A DNA stretch of 64,000 nucleotides from Burkholderiales bacterium. GTDB taxonomy: Bacteria; Pseudomonadota; Gammaproteobacteria; Burkholderiales; SG8-39. Below the pieces are notes generated by a model that was not told the origin of the DNA, ran no database searches, and saw only the letters and a program-made list of their open reading frames with translations. The stretch covers positions 55,229 through 119,228 of the forward strand of contig DASRKB010000169.1 of NCBI GenBank assembly GCA_035649175.1. Direction: 5' to 3'. Both the position numbers and the translations under genes were made by a program. Positions 32,354-41,137 of the stretch are shown here, piece after piece (position 1 is the first letter of the stretch; the number at the start of each line of letters is the position of its first letter).

Positions 32354-35300
32354 ATGACGGACCTCTCCGACTCGAAGAAGCTCGTCTACAAGGCGAAGCA
32401 CAAGATCCGCTTCGTGACTGCGGCGAGCCTCTTCGACGGACACGACGCGTCCATCAACATCATCCGCCGCATCCTCCAGTCCTCGGGCGCCGAGGTGATC
32501 CACCTCGGGCACAACCGCTCGGTGGAAGAGATCGTCGCCGCGGCGCTCCAGGAAGACGTGCAGGGCATCGCCGTGTCCTCCTACCAGGGCGGCCACATCG
32601 AGTTCTTCAAGTACATGCTCGACTTGCTGCGCGAGCGCGGCGGCGCGCATGTCCAGGTGTTCGGGGGCGGCGGCGGCGTAATCGTGCCTGCCGAGATCGA
32701 GGAACTGCAGGCCTACGGCGTGGCACGGATTTACTCGCCCGAGGACGGCCAGCGCATGGGTCTGCAGGGCATCATCAACGACATGCTTTCGCGCTGCGAC
32801 TTCGATCTCGCGCAGTACGCGCCGAAGGCGCTGAAGCCGGGAGATCCCCGAGCGCTCGCCCAGATCATCACGGCGCTGGAGTTGGGGTTTCTGAAGGAGG
32901 ATTTTCCTGAGGAAGGAAAGTCCTCAAATACCCCCGTGCTCGGCGTCACCGGCACGGGCGGCGCGGGAAAGAGCTCGCTCACCGACGAGCTCGTGCGCCG
33001 CTTCCGCCTCGACCAGGGCGACGCGCTGAAGATCGCGGTGCTCTCGGTCGATCCGACGCGGCGCAAGACCGGGGGCGCGCTGCTCGGCGACCGCATCCGC
33101 ATGAACGCGATCCACGGCGCGAACGTCTTCATGCGTTCGCTCGCCACCCGCGAGGCGGCGAAGGAGCTCTCCGGGGCGATCGGCGGCGCCATCGCGGCGT
33201 GCAAAGCCGCGGGCTACGACCTCGTCATCGTCGAGACCGCCGGCATCGGCCAGGGCGACGCGGCCATCGTGGCGCACGTCGACGTGTCGCTCTACGTGAT
33301 GACGCCGGAGTTCGGCGCCGCGAGCCAGCTCGAGAAGATCGACATGCTCGACTTCGCCGACGTGGTGGCGATCAACAAGTTCGACCGCAAGGGCGCCGCC
33401 GACGCGCTGCGCGACGTGCGCAAGCAGGTGCAGAGGAACCGCGAAAATTTCGGCACCGCGCCGGAGGACATGCCGGTCTTCGGCACCATCGCGGCGCGCT
33501 TCAACGACGACGGCGTCACCGCGCTCTACCACGCCGTGTCGGACAGGCTGGCCGAGAAGGGACTGAAGCTCGGCCCGCGCCGTCTGCCCAAGCCGGCCGA
33601 AAAAGTCTCTTCGGATATCCACGTCGTCGTGCCGCCGCAGCGCCAGCGCTATCTCGCCGAGATCGCCGAGTGCGTCAGGGGGTATCACACGCACACGGCT
33701 TCGCAAGCCGCCCTGGCCAGGGAAAGACAGCAGTTGTCGGCGACGAAGGCGATGCTCGCGAAGGAAGTGCCGGAGATCGATGCGCTGTTGAGGCACAAGG
33801 CGCTCGACCCGGAGGCGAAGCGGATGCTCGAGAGCTGGCCGCAAACCGTCAAGGCCTATTCCGGCGACGAGCAGGTCGTGAAGGTGCGCCAAGGGAGCAA
33901 ATTCGGCGAGCTCCGCACCCGGCTCACCCACACCTCGCTCTCGGGCACCGAGGTGCCCAAGGTGGCGCTGCCGCGCTTCGAGGATCACGGCGAGCTCCTG
34001 CGCTGGCGCATGCGCGAGAACCTGCCGGGCGAGTTTCCGTTCACCGCGGGCGTCTTCCACTTCAAGCGCGAGAACGAGAACCCGACGCGCATGTTCGCCG
34101 GCGAGGGCGACCCCTTCCGCACCAACCGGCGCTTCCACCTGCTCTCCAAGGACATGCCCGCCAAGCGTCTGTCTACGGCGTTTGACTCCGTCACCTTGTA
34201 TGGTTTCGATCCGGACGAGCGCCCCGATATCTACGGCAAGGTCGGCAACTCCGGCGTGTCGATCGCCACGCTCGAGGACATGAAGGTGCTCTACTCGGGC
34301 TTCGACCTCTGCGACCCGGCGACCTCGGTGTCGATGACGATCAACGGTCCGGCGCCTACCATCCTCGCGATGTTCTTCAACACGGCGATCGACCAGCAGG
34401 TGGAGAAGCTGGGTCGAAGCCCTAACGAGAAAGAATTCCTGGAACTGAAGAGAAAAACCCTGGCCGCGGTTCGCGGCACGGTGCAGGCGGACATCCTCAA
34501 GGAAGACCAGGGACAGAACACCTGCATCTTCTCCACCGAGTTCTCGCTGAAGGTGATGGGCGACATCCAGGAGTACTTCATCGAGAACGATGTGCGCAAC
34601 TTCTACTCGGTGTCGATCTCCGGCTATCACATCGCCGAAGCGGGGGCGAACCCGATCTCCCAGCTCGCCTTCACGCTCGCCAACGGCTTTACCTTCGTCG
34701 AGGCCTACCTTGCGCGCGGCATGCGGATCGACGACTTCGCGCCGAACCTGTCGTTCTTCTTCTCCTACGGCATGGACCCCGAGTATGCGGTGCTCGGCCG
34801 CGTGGCGCGGCGCATCTGGGCCGTGGCGATGAAGCGCCGCTACGGCGGAAACGAGAGAAGCCAGAAGCTCAAGTTCCACTCGCAGACCTCGGGACGCTCG
34901 CTGCACGCGCAGGAGATCGCCTTCAACGACATCCGCACCACGCTGCAGGCGCTCATCTCCACCTACGACAACACGAATTCACTGCACACCAACGCCTACG
35001 ACGAGGCGATCACGACGCCCACCGAGGACTCGGTGCGCCGCGCCATGGCCATCCAGATGATCATCAACCAAGAATGGGGCGTGGCGAAGAACGAGAACCC
35101 TAACCAGGGCTCATTCCTCATGGAGGAGCTCACCGACCTGGTGGAGGAGGCAGTGCTGAAGGAGTTCGAGGCGATCTCCAGCCGCGGCGGCGTGCTGGGC
35201 GCCATGGAGACCGGCTACCAGCGGGGCAAGATCCAGGAGGAGTCGCTCTACTACGAGCACAAGAAGCACGACGGCTCTTACCCGATCATCGGCGTCAACA

Positions 35301-35572
35301 CCTTCCGCAATCCGCACGGGGAGGCGGCGCCGCAGAAGCTCGAGCTCATCCGCTCGACCGAGGATGAGAAGCAATCACAGCTTCGCCGGTTAAGGGAATT
35401 TCAGAGAAGGAACGAGAAAGAGAGCGGCCCTATGCTGGAACGCCTGCGCCAGGCGGTGATCAGGGACGAGAACGTCTTCTCGGTGCTGATGGACGCGGTG
35501 AGGGTCTGCTCGCTCGGGCAGATTACGCACGCGCTCTTCGAGGTTGGCGGCCAGTACCGGCGCAGCATGTGA
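32354..35572 (+). CDS. icmF: fused isobutyryl-CoA mutase IcmF (B12-binding + MeaB-like GTPase + mutase domains)
   Basis: N-terminal ..[19 protein letters not shown].. (B12 DxH), P-loop [12 protein letters not shown] and a large C-terminal mutase barrel; 1072 aa. An in-frame TAG lies 9 nt upstream of the ATG. Confidence 0.95.
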   Translation: MTDLSDSKKLVYKAKHKIRFVTAASLFDGHDASINIIRRILQSSGAEVIHLGHNRSVEEIVAAALQEDVQGIAVSSYQGGHIEFFKYMLDLLRERGGAHVQVFGGGGGVIVPAEIEELQAYGVARIYSPEDGQRMGLQGIINDMLSRCDFDLAQYAPKALKPGDPRALAQIITALELGFLKEDFPEEGKSSNTPVLGVTGTGGAGKSSLTDELVRRFRLDQGDALKIAVLSVDPTRRKTGGALLGDRIRMNAIHGANVFMRSLATREAAKELSGAIGGAIAACKAAGYDLVIVETAGIGQGDAAIVAHVDVSLYVMTPEFGAASQLEKIDMLDFADVVAINKFDRKGAADALRDVRKQVQRNRENFGTAPEDMPVFGTIAARFNDDGVTALYHAVSDRLAEKGLKLGPRRLPKPAEKVSSDIHVVVPPQRQRYLAEIAECVRGYHTHTASQAALARERQQLSATKAMLAKEVPEIDALLRHKALDPEAKRMLESWPQTVKAYSGDEQVVKVRQGSKFGELRTRLTHTSLSGTEVPKVALPRFEDHGELLRWRMRENLPGEFPFTAGVFHFKRENENPTRMFAGEGDPFRTNRRFHLLSKDMPAKRLSTAFDSVTLYGFDPDERPDIYGKVGNSGVSIATLEDMKVLYSGFDLCDPATSVSMTINGPAPTILAMFFNTAIDQQVEKLGRSPNEKEFLELKRKTLAAVRGTVQADILKEDQGQNTCIFSTEFSLKVMGDIQEYFIENDVRNFYSVSISGYHIAEAGANPISQLAFTLANGFTFVEAYLARGMRIDDFAPNLSFFFSYGMDPEYAVLGRVARRIWAVAMKRRYGGNERSQKLKFHSQTSGRSLHAQEIAFNDIRTTLQALISTYDNTNSLHTNAYDEAITTPTEDSVRRAMAIQMIINQEWGVAKNENPNQGSFLMEELTDLVEEAVLKEFEAISSRGGVLGAMETGYQRGKIQEESLYYEHKKHDGSYPIIGVNTFRNPHGEAAPQKLELIRSTEDEKQSQLRRLREFQRRNEKESGPMLERLRQAVIRDENVFSVLMDAVRVCSLGQITHALFEVGGQYRRSM

Positions 35573-35760
35573 CGAACTGGTCGTTTAGGAAGTTCTTAAG
35601 AAAGCCTTAGCCATCATTTAGCAACGCGGCGCCCGCCGCACTCCTAGAGTGCTGCCTCAGGGTTTCACTGGCTGGAGGCAGCATGGATGACAAACTGGTC
35701 GCCTGGATCGCCGAGCGCGTGAGCGAGCTGCTCCGCTACTTGGGGCAGCTCGGGTAGCGG

Positions 35761-36800
35761 GTGAAGGCCAGGCTTTCAATAATGGTGGTTATCGCCGGAG
35801 CGCTCGCGTTCGGGGTGGCTGGCGCGTCGGGTTCGCAGCAAGCCCCGTTGCCGGCGACGCTGGCAGACACGGGCCTCTTCGAGCGAGGCTCGACGACCGA
35901 GATCCGGGCGGGGATCCTGCCCTTCTCCCCGCAGTACCCGCTCTGGTCCGATGGGGCGACCAAACGGCGCTGGCTCTACCTTCCGCCGGGCACCTTCATC
36001 GACGCCTCTCGCCCGGACGCCTGGGAGTTTCCGGCCGGAACGAGCTCTGGAAGGAGTTCTCCCAAGGCCGGCGCGTCGAGACGCGGATGGTCGAGCGCCT
36101 CGGTGACGGAAGCTGGCGCTTCGCCGCGTACGTCTGGAACGAGGCGGGCACCGAGGCGAAGCTCGCGCCGGAAGGGGGCGTTCCCGCGCTCCCAGTGAGC
36201 AGCGCCCCCCGGGGCCGGTATGCCGTTCCGGCAGAGCTCGACTGCCGAGCGTGCCACGAAGGCGCGGCGGTGCCGGTACTGGGAGTAAGCGCTCTCCAAC
36301 TCTCGCCTGAGCGCGATCCATTGGCCCCGCACGCGGAGCCGCGGAAGGCGGGCGAAGTCGACCTGCTCGACCTGGTGGAGCGCGGCCTGCTGCGCAACCT
36401 GCCGCGCGAGGCACTCGAGAATCCGCCGCGCATCGCCGCCGCTACGCCGGCCGAGCGCGCCGCGCTCGGCTACCTGCACGGCAACTGCGGCCACTGCCAC
36501 AACGACAACGGCTCGCCCGTCCCGGTGGACCTCGTCCTTTGGCAAAAAGCGAGAGAGAACGCGAAAGTCTTGCGGTCGCTGCTCGGCGCCCGCAGCCGCT
36601 ATCGCGCCCCTGGAGCCCACGCGGCGAGCGCCGTGGTCGAGCCGGGCCGCCCGGAAGCGAGCGTCCTCATGGCGCGCATGCGCTCGCGCAATCCGCAGAC
36701 GCAGATGCCCCCCCTTGGCACGGCAGAACCCGACAACGAGGCGCTCGCGCTCATCGAGCGCTGGATTCGCACCCAACCGCAAACCCGAAAGGAGCATTGA
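35761..36800 (+). pseudogene. diheme c-type cytochrome family protein interrupted by a frameshift
   Basis: ORF 35761..36198 (signal peptide, ..PDAWEFPAGT) and ORF 36087..36800 (CRACH and CGHCH motifs) lie in different frames. The second frame reads ..ELWKEFSQGRRVETRMVERL.. from about 36042, so one protein is restored by a 1-nt change near 36040. Confidence 0.6.
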
Positions 36801-36802
36801 TC

Positions 36803-37333
36803 ATGAAAAAGCCTGGAATGGTAGTGCTGGCTCTGGCCGCCCTCCTGCAATCACCGCTTGCCATGAGCGGAGACGTCGTGGCGCGCGGCAAGTACCTGGT
36901 CACGACCTCCGGATGCCACGATTGCCACACGCCCTGGAAGATGGGTGCGGCGGGTCCCGAGCCCGACATGACCCGGATGCTCTCCGGCCACCCGGAGAAG
37001 ATGGACCTGCCGGCGCCGCCCTCGCCCGTCGGGCCGTGGATCATGACCGCCGCGGCGACCAATACCGCATGGTCGGGCCCCTGGGGCGTCAGCTTCACCG
37101 CGAATCTCACGCCCGACCCGGAAACCGGCCTGGGCAAGTGGACGCTCCGCAACTTCCGCGACACGATCCGCACGGGCCGGCACATGGGCCGCGGACGTCC
37201 CGTCCTGCCGCCGATGCCGATCCCGGCGTACAAGCACTTCTCCGACGAGGACCTGGAGGCAATCTATGCCTACCTGCGCACGATTCCATCGGTGCGGAAC
37301 CGCGTCCCAGAGCCGCTACCCCCGGCGCAGTAG
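36803..37333 (+). CDS. c-type cytochrome (monoheme), secreted
   Basis: AAAGGAG RBS, signal peptide, CHDCH motif and ..LPPMPIPAYKHFSDEDLEAIYAYL.. Confidence 0.75.
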   Translation: MKKPGMVVLALAALLQSPLAMSGDVVARGKYLVTTSGCHDCHTPWKMGAAGPEPDMTRMLSGHPEKMDLPAPPSPVGPWIMTAAATNTAWSGPWGVSFTANLTPDPETGLGKWTLRNFRDTIRTGRHMGRGRPVLPPMPIPAYKHFSDEDLEAIYAYLRTIPSVRNRVPEPLPPAQ

Positions 37334-37340
37334 AGCGAGC

Positions 37341-38687
37341 CTAGGCGCGTGCCACTTCGACGAGCTGGATCGGGCGGTTCACGCAAAGGCGGAACCGGCC
37401 CCGCCCGGTCTTCTCGAGGAGCAGCGCGCCGGATCGCTCCGCGAGCCTGCGATGCAGGAGGATCAGCCGCGCCTCCAGGTTGTCGCTCAGGTCGGGCAGC
37501 CGGATGTCCGGATCGAGGCGCAGCTCGCGGTTAGTGAACTCGGTGCGCCCGTCGCGTGCGTTCTGGACGAGCAGCTTACGCAGGATCGCGCCGGCGACGC
37601 CCTTGATCAGGTAGTCGTCGCCGATGAAGATGCTGCCGTCGGCCGCGAAATGGCGCACGACGATCGGTGCGCCGCCGGTGCGCGTCTCGCGGGCCGCGGG
37701 CGGCCGGGGCACGTCCGGTGTCTCCTCGCTCTCCTGCATCGCGCGGATCGCCGTGCCGAGCTGCGCGGCGAGCGACACCAGCGCGTCCTCGTCGTCGTAG
37801 GAAAACCGCAGGTCCTCCGGGCTCTCTACGTACAGCACGCCGAGCACGCGGCCGCCCGATACGATCGGGGCGGCGAGCTGGCTGCGGGAGTCGGCGAGTC
37901 CGGGCAGGGGGATTGCGGTCTCGAGGCTGCTCCCCATGCCGGCACGCTCGGCGCTCTCGCGGATCGCGCGGCCGTAGGAGTACTCCGCGGTCATGTGCAT
38001 GATGCGGATCGGCGTCTTCTCGCGCGCGCACACGCCGATGACGCCGCAGCCGATCACGATCTCCGAGCCGACGCCCGAGCTCGGGTAGCCGCGGCTCGCC
38101 ACGGTGTAGAGCCGCTCGCCCGCGCCGTCGAGCATCAGCACCATCGATTGCCGGATGTCGAACCGCGCCTCGAGTGCCGCGAGCAAACTCTCGAGCAGGG
38201 CGCTGAGGTCGGTGCAGCGCTCGAATACCTGCGAGCACGCGCGCAGCGACGCGAGCAGGTTGCGGCGCGGCGGTGGCGCTGGCAGCTGCTGGCCCACAAG
38301 CGGTGTGACTGCGCGTACGAGGTAGACGTCCGCGCCGCGCAGCCGGAACACGCCCGCCATACCCGAATGCGAGGCAATGCCGGCGAGCTTCGCCTTCATG
38401 CTCTCGAATAGCGGTCCCTCGGTCTCGGTGCGCAGGTACTCCAGATCGAGCTCGTAGCGCGCCGCCGACTGCGGGTCGAACGTGAGCACGGTCGCGCGCG
38501 GATTCGCAAGCACGTTCCGGTGGGTCTTGTTGAAGAACTGGAACGTAAGCGCGACATGCGCGCTGTCCACATAGTGTACCTGCGAGACATAGCTGATGTT
38601 CGGGGTGCCGTCGGGCGCGCAGGTGGCCACCGTCGCGGGAATGACCCCTTCGAGGCAGCCGCGGATGGCATCGACGGTGATTGTCAT
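37341..38687 (-). CDS. PNPOx-like (flavin-binding split-barrel) + GAF domain protein with uncharacterised C-terminal domain
   Basis: The N-terminal ~130 aa look like a pyridoxamine-5'-phosphate-oxidase-like barrel. The central GAF has ..RLYTVASRGYPSSGVG..GVLYVES.. The C-terminal ~110 aa are unassigned. Confidence 0.75.
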   Translation of the reverse strand: MTITVDAIRGCLEGVIPATVATCAPDGTPNISYVSQVHYVDSAHVALTFQFFNKTHRNVLANPRATVLTFDPQSAARYELDLEYLRTETEGPLFESMKAKLAGIASHSGMAGVFRLRGADVYLVRAVTPLVGQQLPAPPPRRNLLASLRACSQVFERCTDLSALLESLLAALEARFDIRQSMVLMLDGAGERLYTVASRGYPSSGVGSEIVIGCGVIGVCAREKTPIRIMHMTAEYSYGRAIRESAERAGMGSSLETAIPLPGLADSRSQLAAPIVSGGRVLGVLYVESPEDLRFSYDDEDALVSLAAQLGTAIRAMQESEETPDVPRPPAARETRTGGAPIVVRHFAADGSIFIGDDYLIKGVAGAILRKLLVQNARDGRTEFTNRELRLDPDIRLPDLSDNLEARLILLHRRLAERSGALLLEKTGRGRFRLCVNRPIQLVEVARA

Positions 38688-39190
38688 GGCGAGCGCTGAA
38701 GCGGCGCCCCGGCGTCCGGGCCCGGTGTCTGCTCGAAGGCCGCCGTCGGCGTGAAGGTTACGGCGCGCACCTCGGCGGCCGCGCAGGCGTGGGAGGCTCG
38801 AATGACTTCGCGCGCGTATCCGAGAGATGCAAGCTCCTCGACGAAGGCATCGACATGCCGGGAGAAGAGCTCGACGTCCCCCGAGGCTAGCGAATCCACC
38901 GTAGCGTCGTGCCCCTTCAATTGCAGGGCCCGATGCGTGCTCGGCAAGCTAAAGACCACCGCGATCGCCTTACTCGCCGCGAGCGCATCGGAAAATGCCT
39001 TGTACTGCGAGGCGGCGAAAACCACCGTCACCTTCCTGCGGTCTGCGCTCACGCGGCATCCGAGGCAGCGGGCGATGCGCGGCACGTTGCGCTCGTCGCG
39101 GGATGCAGCGGTAATCGCAATACCGGGCCGGAGGAGGAATGCGGCGGCAGCGTCATCCAGGAGGCTACCCTGCTGAGCGAACGAAGACAT
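38684..39190 (-). CDS. PNPOx-like family protein
   Basis: A 168-aa ORF whose stop overlaps the downstream start (ATGA). The weak split-barrel-like pattern makes the family call tentative. Confidence 0.55.
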   Translation of the reverse strand: MSSFAQQGSLLDDAAAAFLLRPGIAITAASRDERNVPRIARCLGCRVSADRRKVTVVFAASQYKAFSDALAASKAIAVVFSLPSTHRALQLKGHDATVDSLASGDVELFSRHVDAFVEELASLGYAREVIRASHACAAAEVRAVTFTPTAAFEQTPGPDAGAPLQRSP

Positions 39191-39209
39191 GCCGAAGACG
39201 TGCTTTTCC

Positions 39210-39234
39210 GAGATCGGGGTCTGACCCCGATCTC
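39210..39234 (-). repeat. hairpin repeat GAGATCGGGGTCAGACCCCGATCTC (as read on the minus strand)
   Basis: An 11-bp stem with a 3-nt loop, 11 nt downstream of the TctC-like stop codon. Its first 21 nt are identical to 48144..48164. Confidence 0.6.
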
Positions 39235-39245
39235 CATTCCTTGCG

Positions 39246-40202
39246 TTAGTTGATCGTCGCGCCGGTCTGCCGGACGACCTTGCCCCACTTCTCGTGCTCG
39301 GCGCGCATGAAGGGGCCGAACTGCGCGGGGCCCATGTAGGTGGGGCCGATGCCCGCCTTGCGCAGGTTGGCGATCATCTCCGGGTCCTTCAGCGCCTTCT
39401 CGATCTCGCCCGAAAGGCGGTTCACGATCTCCGCGGGCGTCTTCGCCGGCGCGAGCACGCACAGCCACAGCGTCGCCTCGTAGCCCGCGACGCCCGCCTC
39501 GGCCACCGTCGGGGTGTCGGGGAGGTCCGGCCAGCGCGTCGCCGTGCTCACGGCGAGCGCCTTGAGCTTGCCGTTTTTCACGTGGTTGAGCACGTTCGGG
39601 ATGCCGGCGAAGGAGACCTTGACGTTGCCGGAGAGCAGATCCTGCATCGCCTGGCCGCTGCCCTTGTAGGGCACATGGTTGAGCTGGATGCCCGCCATCG
39701 AAGCGAAGAGCGCGGAGACCAGGTGCTGGGCGCTGCCGTTGCCCGAGCTCGCGTAGTCGATGCTGCCGGGGGCGGCCTTGGCCGCGGCGATGAGCTCGGC
39801 CACGGTGGCGACGTTGAGCGCCGGATTCACGACGAGCGCGTAAGGCCCGGAGGCGGTGAGCGCTACCGGAGCGAAGTCGTTCAGGGCGTCGTAGCGCATG
39901 TTGCGGTAGAGGTGCGCGCTGATGACATGCGGGGTGGCGGTGAAGAGCAACGTGTGCCCGTCCGGTTCGGATTTCGCCACGAAGTCGGCGCCGATGGTGC
40001 TGCCGGCGCCGGGCTTGTTCTCGACGTAGAAGGTGCCGCCGGTCGCCTCGGCAAGGCGCGGCGCGAGGATGCGCGCGGGCACGTCGGCGAAGCCGCCGGC
40101 GCCGAGCGGCACGACGACGCGCACCGGCTTCGAGGGCCACGATTGCGCAAGGACTTGGGATGCCAGGAGCAATCCCATGACAAGAAGAGCGAGGCGTTTC
40201 AT
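39246..40202 (-). CDS. Bug-family (TctC-like) tripartite tricarboxylate transporter substrate-binding protein
   Basis: Signal peptide, then ..WPSKPVRVVVPLGAGGFADVPARIL.. and ..YASSGNGSAQHL.. Bug-family motifs. Confidence 0.9.
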   Translation of the reverse strand: MKRLALLVMGLLLASQVLAQSWPSKPVRVVVPLGAGGFADVPARILAPRLAEATGGTFYVENKPGAGSTIGADFVAKSEPDGHTLLFTATPHVISAHLYRNMRYDALNDFAPVALTASGPYALVVNPALNVATVAELIAAAKAAPGSIDYASSGNGSAQHLVSALFASMAGIQLNHVPYKGSGQAMQDLLSGNVKVSFAGIPNVLNHVKNGKLKALAVSTATRWPDLPDTPTVAEAGVAGYEATLWLCVLAPAKTPAEIVNRLSGEIEKALKDPEMIANLRKAGIGPTYMGPAQFGPFMRAEHEKWGKVVRQTGATIN

Positions 40203-41092
40203 TCGCGGTACTCCGGTTCCGGTTGGGTGAAAAAGGCGTGCAGTATGTGATAGACCATCAGGTAATTCTTCTGCTGGAAGCTCGCGTGCGAGATGCCGGC
40301 CATCACCGCGAACTGCTTGTCGGGATTGGGCAGCCGCTGGAAGAAGGCGAGCAGGTCCTCGACCGACGCGATGCCGTCGTGCTCCCCGCGCATGATAAGG
40401 GTCGGCACGTCGAGCTTCCCCGGATCGACGACGGGCAGCTTGGAGCACATGTCGACGTAGGTGCCGGTGGGCACCGAGTCGTCCAGGGCGAGGATCGCGT
40501 CGGCGAAAGCCTCGATGGTGGCCTTGTCCGCGGTGCCGGGATGGTCGCGCTCGAAGATGCTGTGCACGAAGGCGCGGTCGATCGGACGGCGGTTCTTCGC
40601 CGCGAACTCCGGCAGGCGCTTTTTGCGCTGCTCTAGCGTTGGGCTGCCATCGCCGGTCCAGACGAAGGCGTCGAGCGCGAGCCGCGCCACGCGCTCCGGG
40701 CGGCGCTGCGCGAACACCGCGGCCTTGAGCGCGCCCGAGGAAATCCCGTACATCAGGAGCTTCTTTTCCTTTGATTGTTTAAGGATGTACTGACTTGCAG
40801 CCTCGATATCGTCGGCCCCGTTGGCGATGTCGAAGTTGATCGGCCGCGACTTGTCCGAGCGGCCGTATCCCTCGTTGTCCAGGCACCAGGTGTCGAAGCC
40901 GCGCTCGGCGAACCACTCCATCACCGAGGAATGCGGCCGGCCCGGGACGTGCAGGTCGAAGGTCGGCTGCGAGGCCATCGACGAGCCGTGCACGAAGAGG
41001 ATGGTGCCGCGCGGGGCGACGCCCGCGGCGCGCTTTTGCCAGAGGAAAAGCTTGACGTCGCCCTTGCGGGCCCAATGCTCAATCCCTTTCAT
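40199..41092 (-). CDS. alpha/beta-fold hydrolase
   Basis: ATG 41092. ..ILFVHGSS.. oxyanion region and the nucleophile elbow ..LMYGISSGA.. Only the last 298 aa of the 1029-aa ORF-track entry look genuine. Confidence 0.85.
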   Translation of the reverse strand: MKGIEHWARKGDVKLFLWQKRAAGVAPRGTILFVHGSSMASQPTFDLHVPGRPHSSVMEWFAERGFDTWCLDNEGYGRSDKSRPINFDIANGADDIEAASQYILKQSKEKKLLMYGISSGALKAAVFAQRRPERVARLALDAFVWTGDGSPTLEQRKKRLPEFAAKNRRPIDRAFVHSIFERDHPGTADKATIEAFADAILALDDSVPTGTYVDMCSKLPVVDPGKLDVPTLIMRGEHDGIASVEDLLAFFQRLPNPDKQFAVMAGISHASFQQKNYLMVYHILHAFFTQPEPEYRE

Positions 41093-41137
41093 GAGTTCAT
41101 TATAGAATCGGCCGGACCTGTCGCCCTTGGAGGAGGG

